From a virus (taxonomy: Duplodnaviria > Heunggongvirae > Uroviricota > Caudoviricetes): 48,572 bases of DNA. The notes under the pieces are model-generated. The model made no database searches, had not been told where the DNA came from, and saw only the letters and a program-made list of their open reading frames with translations. The stretch spans positions 307,550 to 356,121 of the IMG/VR virus record IMGVR_UViG_3300028887_000066; one strand, 5' to 3'. Shown one piece after another: positions 8,899-17,522 of the stretch (position 1 is its first letter; the number at the start of each line of letters is the position of its first letter). The translations under genes were made by a program, and so were the position numbers.

Positions 8899-9368
8899 TT
8901 GTTCTTCTTATTTGCTTTCTTAGCTTCCTTTTCAGCCTGTTTTGCGGCTTCCTCTTCTTGAGCTATCTGATCAATTGTCATAAGAGCAAGTTCGGCTTTT
9001 TGTGCCGCGATATTACCGTATTTACGATATACGCCGAGAGGGATATTAATATCAGGCTTATTGATTACAATCTTATCCTTGTCATAATCATAGGAAATCT
9101 GAGCCATAAGCGTTTCAATCCACAGGTTTTGTGTCTCTTCATCAACTCTCAAAAATGCGGGTTCATAGAGTGCTACTGCCACAATATCTGGATTACCAGT
9201 GAAAATGCCTGTAAGTTCACCACCACGGACGATTACGCCAATATCCTTCTTTGTTTTTAATAATGCAATAGGTTTGATTTCCATAACTTGATCAAGACCT
9301 GCCATTGCTGCATAATTCTCAACCTTCTGTACTAAATTCTCGTCAAGATTCTTACTAAATTTTGCCAT
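8895..9368 (-). CDS. Phage metallopeptidase-like protein with a degenerate zinc motif
   Basis: VALYEPAFLRVDEETQNLWIETLMAQISYDYDKDKIVINKPD resembles the family, but HExxH is absent. Confidence 0.5.
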   Translation of the reverse strand: MAKFSKNLDENLVQKVENYAAMAGLDQVMEIKPIALLKTKKDIGVIVRGGELTGIFTGNPDIVAVALYEPAFLRVDEETQNLWIETLMAQISYDYDKDKIVINKPDINIPLGVYRKYGNIAAQKAELALMTIDQIAQEEEAAKQAEKEAKKANKKNK

Positions 9369-9409
9369 TTTTACTTTATTTTAAAATGAAATTATGTTTA
9401 AGTTCAAAA

Positions 9410-9417
9410 CAAATATA
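9410..9417 (-). promoter_or_regulatory. -7 box (TATATTTG) of the leftward promoter
   Basis: CAAATATA on the plus strand, about 40 nt upstream of ATG 9368. Confidence 0.55.
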
Positions 9418-9478
9418 CAGATATTTTCTTATTCATAAGCTTTAAGCTAAAAATAACTTAAATCATTGATATAACTTT

Positions 9479-9569
9479 CATGTTTCATGCATGGTATAAA
9501 ATATAAGAATAATATAATAATTTATATAAATTATTATCATGCCATGCATGGAGCATGATAATTTTCATG
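9479..9569. repeat. CATG-dense palindromic element flanking a near-pure AT tract
   Basis: Eight CATG (9479, 9486, 9490, 9538, 9543, 9547, 9554, 9566); inverted repeat ATTATCATGC/GCATGATAAT at 9533-9562 enclosing CCATGCATGG. Confidence 0.85.
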
Positions 9570-9608
9570 AAAAACAAATTTTATTTCACTTATACTGTAA
9601 TTTTTTGT

Positions 9609-9616
9609 TATATTTG
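9609..9616 (+). promoter_or_regulatory. -7 box (TATATTTG) of the rightward promoter
   Basis: 20 nt upstream of ATG 9636. Confidence 0.55.
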
Positions 9617-9635
9617 TAACAAATTATGTTTTTCA

Positions 9636-10694
9636 ATGAAAAAGGATTTAAATTTAGCAAAGACATTCAACAATTATGGAGATGATTGTGAAGAAGAAAA
9701 GGAATACCTAATAGAAGATGAGCCAGAATATACTGAGGCTGATCAAAGTTGTTGTGGGCAACTTCAAGAGGTTAAAGCTACTAAGAAAATTAGCGATGAT
9801 AATGTGAATGTATCCCAATGGTCAAATATGGATGGACGGATAATTGCCGTTTCAAATACATTTGATAAATTGGAATCGGGATATTATTCATTGGGGTATA
9901 GTGATCAACTCGGAATGTATTTCGAGAAGAATGAAATACATCTTAATAAATTATACAGACTCCCAAATAAAGCAACTGATGTAATACTAAAAGATATTAG
10001 TAAATTTTGGACGCTTGAGGACAAATACAAGAAATATAATCGTGTTTTCAGGCGTAATTATCTTTTATATTCTGCGCCTGGTACAGGAAAGACAAGCCTT
10101 ATAAATATAATGTGTCAAGACCTTATAGAACAATATAATGGTATTGTAATATCACTTAGCACATCTGAAGAAATAAGAATGTTTGTAAATGCAATCAAAA
10201 GAATAAGGAAAATTGAACCCGACAGAAAAATCATAGCTATTATAGAAGATATTGACAATTTTATAGGATATGAAGGGCAAAGATCAAATCTTGATACATA
10301 TTTGCTGAACATTCTTGACGGAAATATGAAAACAAATGGTGTTGTGACTATTGCAACGACAAACTACATTGAAAAACTTGAAGCAAGATACAAGAACAGA
10401 CCTTCAAGATTCAATAAGGTGGTAGAATTTCCTCTTCCAAATGAGGAAAGCCGCGAAATGTTCATTAAAAATTCGATTCTTCCTGAAGATTTGCAGCGGA
10501 TAGACCTTCAAATGTGGGTCAAGAGGACTGAAGGCTTTACGATTGATCATATTAATGAACTTATTCAGCTTGTTTTGGTTTTTGACGAGGATGAAGAGGA
10601 GTCATTCAAACTCATTACTGACATGGTTACAAATTATAACCAACTGAAAAACGCAACAAGCGTAAATAAAAAGAAAATTGGTTTTTCAAATTAA
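9636..10694 (+). CDS. AAA+ ATPase with C-terminal KKKIGF
   Basis: YSAPGTGKTS Walker A, IAIIEDID Walker B, LLNILDG, RPSRF arginine finger. ATG 9636 preferred because of the promoter position. Confidence 0.9.
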   Translation: MKKDLNLAKTFNNYGDDCEEEKEYLIEDEPEYTEADQSCCGQLQEVKATKKISDDNVNVSQWSNMDGRIIAVSNTFDKLESGYYSLGYSDQLGMYFEKNEIHLNKLYRLPNKATDVILKDISKFWTLEDKYKKYNRVFRRNYLLYSAPGTGKTSLINIMCQDLIEQYNGIVISLSTSEEIRMFVNAIKRIRKIEPDRKIIAIIEDIDNFIGYEGQRSNLDTYLLNILDGNMKTNGVVTIATTNYIEKLEARYKNRPSRFNKVVEFPLPNEESREMFIKNSILPEDLQRIDLQMWVKRTEGFTIDHINELIQLVLVFDEDEEESFKLITDMVTNYNQLKNATSVNKKKIGFSN

Positions 10695-10707
10695 TTATAT
10701 TTTATAC

Positions 10708-11541
10708 ATGCTTATATTAAATTTTGATAAAGAAAAGTTGGAAACTATTAAGGCAAACATTTCCAAAGAGGAAGAAGACAGTATCATAAAAACAGACGGT
10801 AATGAAAACAAACTAGACAATTCCAATGTTATAAAAAACATTTCATTTGATCAATCGGAAATCTTATGGAATATAATGCAACTTTATAATAATGGGGAGC
10901 CATTTGACTGTGATATGACAGCATCGGAACTTAAATTTTATGGGGAAAGAAAAGGATATAAGTATTCCATTCCAGAGCCAAAAATTCTATTCGATGTATT
11001 TCCGAAACAAGAAAAAATTAAGAAAATAGAACCGTATGGAAAATTGCCATTGGAAGATAATAGCGTTAATTCAATTGTTGTTGATCTTCCTTTTGTGGTA
11101 AGCCCGCCTGAAGCACCATCGGCTAAAAACCCAAAAGACGGTAGCTGCCTAATATTTAATAGGTTTCACGGATTCTATCCTGTCGATGATTTGTATTCAA
11201 CATATATGCATTGGATAGCAGAATGTAGCAGAGTCATCAAACCAAACGGAATAATCATATGGAAGTCACAATCGACTATATCTGGCGGTGTATCGCATAA
11301 CGTCGAGGAATGGAGCTTTATGTGTGCGCAGAAATTTGGACTTAGTATGGAAGATAAATTCATACTTGAAGCTAAAGCTCGTCTTATTAGTTCGGGAAAA
11401 ATCAAAAAACAACAGCATGCAAGAAAATACACAAGCGTCTTTATGGTTTTCAAAAAATACACAAAACAAAAGAGCAAGAACTTCAATTATTTTGACTTAA
11501 TTGATAAATGCTATAATGAAGAGGTTAATCGTGAATATTGA
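10708..11541 (+). CDS. Adenine DNA methyltransferase-like protein (variant motif DLPF)
   Basis: NISFDQSEILW...SIVVDLPF...ECSRVIKPNGIIIWK...QQHARK, the pattern of small phage amino-MTases. Confidence 0.7.
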   Translation: MLILNFDKEKLETIKANISKEEEDSIIKTDGNENKLDNSNVIKNISFDQSEILWNIMQLYNNGEPFDCDMTASELKFYGERKGYKYSIPEPKILFDVFPKQEKIKKIEPYGKLPLEDNSVNSIVVDLPFVVSPPEAPSAKNPKDGSCLIFNRFHGFYPVDDLYSTYMHWIAECSRVIKPNGIIIWKSQSTISGGVSHNVEEWSFMCAQKFGLSMEDKFILEAKARLISSGKIKKQQHARKYTSVFMVFKKYTKQKSKNFNYFDLIDKCYNEEVNREY

Positions 11542-12332
11542 TGTTTTCTGATAAACTAAAGGATATAGAATACTATTATAATAATAAGAAAAAATTCAAC
11601 AAACTATACAACAAAGTTTGGAAACGTATAGCAGGGCCAAAGTACATTGGCCTTTGCTCTTACCTATTCCAAAATTTTTTTGAGGAATGGAAGAAAACCA
11701 ATACGGATAATCCAACCATATATGACTTTGCCGAATATTATTTTTCACACACCAATCCCGTAAAAAGTATTGATATTGAACGTACCGATTCATTGTATTA
11801 TGGCAGAAGCCCTGAGGAATTATGGAGACTTGCGGAACATTATCAAAAACAATGTAATGACTTTACAATACCATTAGAAAATTATTATGACGATATTGTA
11901 AATCACGCTATAATAGAAACATTTGATGGACAGATAAGAGAAATAAACCTGATACGGGAATATGAGCGAAAAGGGTTTACAGTAGAGCATACGTATGGAA
12001 AATGGGACAAAGATCTCGGTGTTGATTTCATTATCAGAAAAAACGGCATAATACGTGATTATATTCAATGTAAACCAATAACGACGTTCTTGTTTACAAA
12101 AAACAATAGCCTCATAGAAGACAGAAAGAATTTTTTTCTAAAAGAGACCCATAAAAGAAGTGAATGCAAGAAATTAGGGTGGCCATATTATCCAACAAAA
12201 TTTATTATATATAACAATGATTACCCCGATAAATGGTGTTCGATTAATGGAAAAAGAGGTTTTTTTCTTGAAGAATTAATTGATAAATATGGCAACAATC
12301 TTATGAACAAGGAGGATTTCAGCTATGTCTAA
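11541..12332 (+). CDS. PD-(D/E)XK nuclease, type II restriction-endonuclease-like (MjaI-like)
   Basis: IETFDGQIRE...DKDLGVDFII...YIQCKP (E...D...QxK); start overlaps the MTase stop (TGATG). Confidence 0.55.
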   Translation: MFSDKLKDIEYYYNNKKKFNKLYNKVWKRIAGPKYIGLCSYLFQNFFEEWKKTNTDNPTIYDFAEYYFSHTNPVKSIDIERTDSLYYGRSPEELWRLAEHYQKQCNDFTIPLENYYDDIVNHAIIETFDGQIREINLIREYERKGFTVEHTYGKWDKDLGVDFIIRKNGIIRDYIQCKPITTFLFTKNNSLIEDRKNFFLKETHKRSECKKLGWPYYPTKFIIYNNDYPDKWCSINGKRGFFLEELIDKYGNNLMNKEDFSYV

Positions 12333-12636
12333 ATTAAATAAGATTAGATTCTTCATATATAATCTAATATTAAAAACAATAGTTAGTATATATACAGTTG
12401 CACACCCGATATGGAAAACAGCATTAGGCTATTATCGTCTATTCTTCGTATTAAGAAGTAATACTGTATATAAATTCTTGAATAACAATCGTTATTACAA
12501 ATACATAGGCGATGGTATGTTCAAGGAAGGAAATAAAATAATTGATAACGGATATTTGGCGATAGAAGTTCCAGGAAGGATGATAGCATTGACACCGTAT
12601 CAGATAGGGTGCATAAAACTCAGCACGGATATTTGA
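12325..12636 (+). CDS. Hypothetical protein, hydrophobic N-terminus
   Basis: ORF track; overlaps the upstream stop. Confidence 0.65.
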   Translation: MSKLNKIRFFIYNLILKTIVSIYTVAHPIWKTALGYYRLFFVLRSNTVYKFLNNNRYYKYIGDGMFKEGNKIIDNGYLAIEVPGRMIALTPYQIGCIKLSTDI

Positions 12637-12681
12637 TTTTTTGGTATATTTGGAGTGATGAAAAACAAAAATTTTTAAGAT

Positions 12682-13257
12682 ATGGATAAGGATTTATTGA
12701 TCAGTAATTTTTCAAAGTACAAGAAGAGACTCATTTCCTATGTCGGTGAAGAAGAGACACAGAGGATAATCGAAGCCGTCGGTGGCGAAGACGCAATTAT
12801 GAATGCCACATACGCAAATATGGACAATAGTGGCTTGGCATATGACGGTTCATTCTGCAAAACGGTTATCGACCTTACGGTTATCGCCATTAAGCTTAAT
12901 GAAATTCTTCCTGAGGCAAAACAGGTGTCGAAAGAATCAATCGCAAAGGTTGCATTGCTCAGTCAGTTAGGCAAGGTTATTTTGTTTACTCCACAGACAA
13001 ACAGTTGGAGAATAAACAATATGGGTGAAAAATACACCTACAATGACTTGGATGGTGCGCTTCGTGTTGGTGAGCGTTCAATTATGATAGCAATGAATGC
13101 TGGAGTCAAGTTTGATGTCTATGAATATGAGGCTATGAGGATTATGGACAAGCAGAACGAGAATTCTGACAATTACAGTAAATATTTCTCAGGTGCATTG
13201 TCAATGATTATCAAACAAGCAAATGAAATAATCGACATGATTAACAAGAAACGTTAA
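12682..13257 (+). CDS. HD-domain-fold protein lacking the HD dyad
   Basis: KESIAKVALLSQLGKV in place of VALLHDLGK; LRVGERSI downstream as in phage HD hydrolases. Confidence 0.55.
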   Translation: MDKDLLISNFSKYKKRLISYVGEEETQRIIEAVGGEDAIMNATYANMDNSGLAYDGSFCKTVIDLTVIAIKLNEILPEAKQVSKESIAKVALLSQLGKVILFTPQTNSWRINNMGEKYTYNDLDGALRVGERSIMIAMNAGVKFDVYEYEAMRIMDKQNENSDNYSKYFSGALSMIIKQANEIIDMINKKR

Positions 13258-14126
13258 TGAGTAATAAAAATAAAGGTAAGGCGGGTTTGAAAAGAGGCCC
13301 GCTTACCATTTTTATATGCACACATAAGCCATTTAGACCGATACCACAAGTAGAGGCGAGACCTGATATATACAAGATAATTACAAATTGTAATGATCCG
13401 TTCCCACCGACTAAACTTGATATTCTCAGGGTCGATAAAATGGATTGCGACTATCCTGCTAACGAGAATATGCTTCTGAATGAATATCGTATGATAAACG
13501 CGATAAACAAAATGAAGTATAAAACTGAATACATTGGCATCTGTCATTACAGAAGATATTATGACATAGACTCAATTGAGAGGCTTAATTGTAATTTAGT
13601 ATTCAAAGAAGCGGGGATTCCATTGTTATTGGGGCAACCAATCGTTTTTAAAGATTTATTGGGACAGGAATACGACAATGAGACTTGGTTTGCATATTGG
13701 CATTCATATAGTGCATGGCAAGACGTTAAAAAAGTATTCAAAGATTTTCACCCTGAATTAAGCAATGAGTTTGATGAAATGGAGAAGGCTAATTTTCTTC
13801 ATAACAGTGCGATGATGATAATGCCAAAAGAATTATTTTCAGAGTGGTGTGACTTTATCTTCCCATGCTATGAGGAAATGAAGGATAAACTTAACATACA
13901 TAATGATACAGATGCCTTTGCCTATGTTGATAAATATATCGACCAATTCGTAAAACCATTCAACCCTCTTTATACAAGAGAATATCAAACAAGATTCACG
14001 GCTTATGTATTAGAGAGATATTTGTCTGTTTGGCTTAGAATAAAAAGAGAAAACGGAAAATCATTATTGGAACAGGCTGGTACAATACCTTGGTTTATGC
14101 CTGACCCGAAACAAATAGAAGTTTAA
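13257..14126 (+). CDS. DUF4422-family glycosyltransferase-like protein
   Basis: IFICTHK, YIGICHYRRY, NSAMMIMPKELFSEWCDFIF, YVLERYLSVW. Confidence 0.8.
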   Translation: MSNKNKGKAGLKRGPLTIFICTHKPFRPIPQVEARPDIYKIITNCNDPFPPTKLDILRVDKMDCDYPANENMLLNEYRMINAINKMKYKTEYIGICHYRRYYDIDSIERLNCNLVFKEAGIPLLLGQPIVFKDLLGQEYDNETWFAYWHSYSAWQDVKKVFKDFHPELSNEFDEMEKANFLHNSAMMIMPKELFSEWCDFIFPCYEEMKDKLNIHNDTDAFAYVDKYIDQFVKPFNPLYTREYQTRFTAYVLERYLSVWLRIKRENGKSLLEQAGTIPWFMPDPKQIEV

Positions 14127-14142
14127 AAAAACAAAAAAATTA

Positions 14143-14667
14143 ATGGTAATAAGATATAAGAAACTTAGTCCAGATGCTAAAGAGCCATACAAAAAGCACG
14201 ATGACGACTTTTGTTATGACCTTTATGCAACAACGGATGCAATGCCCGTATATGACGACGACGGAAATCTTATTCCTAATGTATGGAAATACGGTACAGG
14301 AATAGCTTTTGAAATTGTCAGAGATACAGAATACGTCGAGCTTGTAGATAAAGACTATAATGTTAAAAGGTATTTTAACTTGAAAGATTCCCCACTGCGT
14401 TTAAGCATTGACGGAAGACCGAGAAGCAGTGTATACAAGACAGGACTTAGCCTGTGCAATACAACGATGACAGCCGATGAGGGTTATCGTGGCGAAATTT
14501 TTGTTTTATTCTATGATATAATCCCGTCATTACCAAAATATAAGAAAGGTGACAGAATTATACAGGTAAAAGTCGGAATTACTTTGCCTGTTGAATGGGA
14601 AGAGTCAAAAAAGCTCAGTGAGGCAAAAAGAGGAGCTAAAGGCTTTGGCTCTACAGGGAAATCATAA
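14143..14667 (+). CDS. dut: Trimeric dUTPase
   Basis: YDLYA, RPRSS, ADEGYRGEI, RIIQ, RGAKGFGSTG (motifs I-V). Confidence 0.9.
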   Translation: MVIRYKKLSPDAKEPYKKHDDDFCYDLYATTDAMPVYDDDGNLIPNVWKYGTGIAFEIVRDTEYVELVDKDYNVKRYFNLKDSPLRLSIDGRPRSSVYKTGLSLCNTTMTADEGYRGEIFVLFYDIIPSLPKYKKGDRIIQVKVGITLPVEWEESKKLSEAKRGAKGFGSTGKS

Positions 14668-14675
14668 AAAATCTT

Positions 14676-14712
14676 AAATTGGAACCATCTTATTTGGTGG
14701 TTCCAATTTTTT
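14676..14712 (+). terminator. Intrinsic terminator overlapping the next promoter
   Basis: AAATTGGAACCA-N10-TGGTTCCAATTT followed by a T-run. Confidence 0.75.
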
Positions 14713-14724
14713 GTCGTATATTTG
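14693..14724 (+). promoter_or_regulatory. Bacteroidetes-type promoter
   Basis: TTTG 14693-14696, 20-nt spacer, TATATTTG 14717-14724 then CA. Confidence 0.8.
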
Positions 14725-14728
14725 CACT

Positions 14729-15211
14729 ATGAAACAGAAATTATACTGCTATAGCTTCTATGAATTCAAGAGGCTTGTTGAAAATAAAGACCCATTCATA
14801 ATGGATGATAATACGGTCATCATATCAATTGCAGGGGAAAATGAGAGTACAGAGCATCTATTCGAGGAATCTGACAGGGTTTTGAACGTTGATTTTGATG
14901 ATATTGACCCTCACGCATTGGGTTTGGAGGATGGCACACTCACATGGACTCATCCAAAACAAGGCTATATCGTAACATTTATCTCACCTGAAATGGCAGA
15001 TAAGATTGTTCGATTCATAGACAAAAACAATAATAAGAACATTGCAGTACATTGTGCGGCAGGGGCATCAAGGAGTCAGGGAATTGTGAGATATATAAAT
15101 GACACATACTATGGCCACGAATGGGAAACAAGGGAAAGCAACCCTTGCCTATGCCCAAATATGTATGTAGTAATGATGTTAAAAAGAAAGTACAGGGAAA
15201 TTTTTCAATAG
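14729..15211 (+). CDS. Cys-based (CX5R) protein-tyrosine/dual-specificity phosphatase-like protein
   Basis: IAVHCAAGASRS P-loop and upstream DFDD. Confidence 0.85.
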   Translation: MKQKLYCYSFYEFKRLVENKDPFIMDDNTVIISIAGENESTEHLFEESDRVLNVDFDDIDPHALGLEDGTLTWTHPKQGYIVTFISPEMADKIVRFIDKNNNKNIAVHCAAGASRSQGIVRYINDTYYGHEWETRESNPCLCPNMYVVMMLKRKYREIFQ

Positions 15212-15219
15212 AAATACAA

Positions 15220-15264
15220 GCCTGTGAAACAACGATAAAGTATTGTTTTGAAAATTTATTTTAA
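15220..15264 (+). pseudogene. Orphan 3' end of a paralog of the 15653-16075 gene
   Basis: Encodes ACETTIKYCFENLF*; 37/45 nt identical to 16031-16075 (ACEAAIKYCLEDLI*); no start or upstream body. Confidence 0.75.
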
Positions 15265-15266
15265 AT

Positions 15267-15650
15267 ATGAAACATTTATTTATTTTATTCTTATCAATAA
15301 TTTTGTTTACTTCGTGTGATAAGCAATCAAGAATAGACCATGAAGATAACAAGTATATTTATGTTTGGAATTATGAAGGAAATGACTCTATCTTAGTAAA
15401 ATATAACAAGCCAATATACAAAGAGTTTAATGTTTTCGGCGGGCATCATACCAAAGCCCATCACATTAAAGTTGATTTTAATAATAATGGTCATTATGAC
15501 TGTCATAGTATTTCAAGTGATTATTATGTTAATGACAATGACAAATGTTATATTGTAGATAAAGCTCAAAGTACAAATAAACCAATTAAAGCCATTTTCA
15601 AAGAAGTATTTTATCCAACACATAAATATCATTTTATTAAATATAAATAA
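15267..15650 (+). CDS. Predicted lipoprotein
   Basis: MKHLFILFLSIILFTSC signal peptide II and lipobox. Confidence 0.8.
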   Translation: MKHLFILFLSIILFTSCDKQSRIDHEDNKYIYVWNYEGNDSILVKYNKPIYKEFNVFGGHHTKAHHIKVDFNNNGHYDCHSISSDYYVNDNDKCYIVDKAQSTNKPIKAIFKEVFYPTHKYHFIKYK

Positions 15651-15652
15651 CT

Positions 15653-16075
15653 ATGGCAACAATTACAGAAGATTACGTTAGTTTTGAAACGGCAAAACTA
15701 TTGAAAGAGAAAGGATTTGATGAATTATGCTATCAAAAATATGACAGTGATGGAGAGTTGTCTTTTAATCATGTAGGGTATGTTAATAGTGAGAAACCTT
15801 GTGATGATTTTTATGCATTAGCTCCAACTCTCCAAATGGCAATGAAGTGGTTGAGAGAAGTACATCATATTTATACTGAAATCTGTCTTTATAAAACTAA
15901 CGAAGACGATATAGAACCAAAGAAAAGTAGAAAAGCTCCTTATTATACTTTTGGAATTTGGGATTCAGTAACTGGTAATAATGTAGATAAAAGACTTACA
16001 AATGATTTTATAGGTGATACTTATGAACGTGCCTGTGAAGCGGCAATAAAGTATTGTCTTGAAGATTTAATTTGA
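15653..16075 (+). CDS. Hypothetical phage protein (VSFETAKLLKEKGF...APTLQMAMKWLRE type)
   Basis: ORF track. Confidence 0.8.
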   Translation: MATITEDYVSFETAKLLKEKGFDELCYQKYDSDGELSFNHVGYVNSEKPCDDFYALAPTLQMAMKWLREVHHIYTEICLYKTNEDDIEPKKSRKAPYYTFGIWDSVTGNNVDKRLTNDFIGDTYERACEAAIKYCLEDLI

Positions 16076-16081
16076 ATAACT

Positions 16082-16246
16082 ATGGCTAAAGAATTAATAA
16101 GAAGTTTTCGTGACTCAAGTGAAGGATGCGTCTATGATGTATATTATGACACAAATACTGGACGTTATTCTGAATGTAGAAGAGGTAGAGAGGATGAACA
16201 GGATATTGATGAAAGTTCTTGGCACGTACAAGGGATGATTAGATAA
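16082..16246 (+). CDS. Small hypothetical protein (54 aa)
   Basis: Manual translation MAKELIRSFRDSSEGCVYDV...; fills the gap and has the AATAACTATG leader. Confidence 0.65.
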   Translation: MAKELIRSFRDSSEGCVYDVYYDTNTGRYSECRRGREDEQDIDESSWHVQGMIR

Positions 16247-16258
16247 TTTGAATAACTT

Positions 16259-16660
16259 ATGACAGCACTTAAATCATTTACAGACATCCCACAGTCAAAG
16301 AAGTTGGCAGAGATACTGCCACTTGAAAGCGCAGATATGTGGTGGCTTTATATTACAGCACAAGGTAAATACATTGCCATGATGCACGAAGAACCAGACC
16401 CTCATTATCTTACAAGAATGGAGAGTTATGGTATTAAAGATGCTGCTATTAGATGCTGGAGTCTTGCAGCATTGCTTGGTGTTTTACCTGATACTATAAC
16501 AAGTAATGATGGAATTGCATTCGAATTAAATATTAAAAAGGACATTATTGAATATTCCAATCCTTCTTTATATCTTATATATAAATCTGTTAAAGCAGAT
16601 AATCTTATTGATGCTTGTGTGGAAATGATAGAACGTTTACATGAATTAAACCTGTTGTGA
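16259..16660 (+). CDS. Hypothetical protein, paralog of 17979-18332
   Basis: QSKKLAEILPLESADMWW...WSLAALLGVLP...DACVEMI. Confidence 0.8.
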   Translation: MTALKSFTDIPQSKKLAEILPLESADMWWLYITAQGKYIAMMHEEPDPHYLTRMESYGIKDAAIRCWSLAALLGVLPDTITSNDGIAFELNIKKDIIEYSNPSLYLIYKSVKADNLIDACVEMIERLHELNLL

Positions 16661-16662
16661 TC

Positions 16663-16812
16663 ATGGGATATTTTGTATGCCAACATTGTGGTGCTCATTT
16701 GCACGATAGTAAAGTTGAAGATTTGTATCAGTGGGAAGACAAAGAATCTATTGGATGGTCTTATATTTGCCCAAGGTGCAAAGAAGAAAATTACAAAGAA
16801 ATAAAGTTTTGA
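16663..16812 (+). CDS. Small zinc-ribbon protein (49 aa)
   Basis: Manual translation MGYFVCQHCG...ICPRCKEENYKEIKF (CxxC...CxxC). Confidence 0.7.
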   Translation: MGYFVCQHCGAHLHDSKVEDLYQWEDKESIGWSYICPRCKEENYKEIKF

Positions 16813-16815
16813 ATT

Positions 16816-17520
16816 ATGAAAGAACTTAGTATTGAACAAAAAGCCAGACGTTATGACGAAATTTTAGCAAGGGCTGAAGGCGCAAACTTACCATACTATA
16901 AAGAGGATATTATGTCCAAAGTAAAAGAGTTTGTTGATTATCTTATCCCCGAACTCAAAGAATCTGAAGACGAGAGGATAAGAAAAGAACTTTTGGAGCA
17001 TTGTAAGAATCAAGCTAAACCATATATTCAGACGGGAAATAAATGTCCTCAAATTCAATCTTGGATTGCTTGGCTTGAAAAACAAGGTGAGCAGGAATCT
17101 GTTGTTGCCATTCCAAAGTTTCGTGAGGGTGATAGTATTCAGTTTAAGGGGTTTGGACATAATAGATATATGATTAAAGAAGTATGTGGTCTATCTCATT
17201 ATATCAATACAATGGGAAATAGAATGGATATGTCTTATACTGATGCAAACTTTGAAGTTATAAAAGATTCTGATAAAGTTAAACTAAGCCCTGTTTGGAG
17301 TGAAGAGGATATAATGCGTATAGATAATCTTATTGCAATAATTGAAAATAGAGGTTATCCAGATTACGTTGAGTATCTTGAAAAACTCAAATATAGAGTA
17401 CAGTGGAAGCCAACCGAAGAGCAGATGGGTGTAATTGAAGCAGTAATCAATAATAGGTCATTCCAAAGAAGGCATCTTGATTCACTCTATGCTGATTTAA
17501 AGAAACTAAAGGAGGAATAG
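16816..17520 (+). CDS. Mosaic hypothetical phage protein
   Basis: MKELSIEQKARRYDE, ESEDERIRKEL, WSEED and WKPTEEQM modules. Confidence 0.8.
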   Translation: MKELSIEQKARRYDEILARAEGANLPYYKEDIMSKVKEFVDYLIPELKESEDERIRKELLEHCKNQAKPYIQTGNKCPQIQSWIAWLEKQGEQESVVAIPKFREGDSIQFKGFGHNRYMIKEVCGLSHYINTMGNRMDMSYTDANFEVIKDSDKVKLSPVWSEEDIMRIDNLIAIIENRGYPDYVEYLEKLKYRVQWKPTEEQMGVIEAVINNRSFQRRHLDSLYADLKKLKEE

Positions 17521-17522
17521 TT

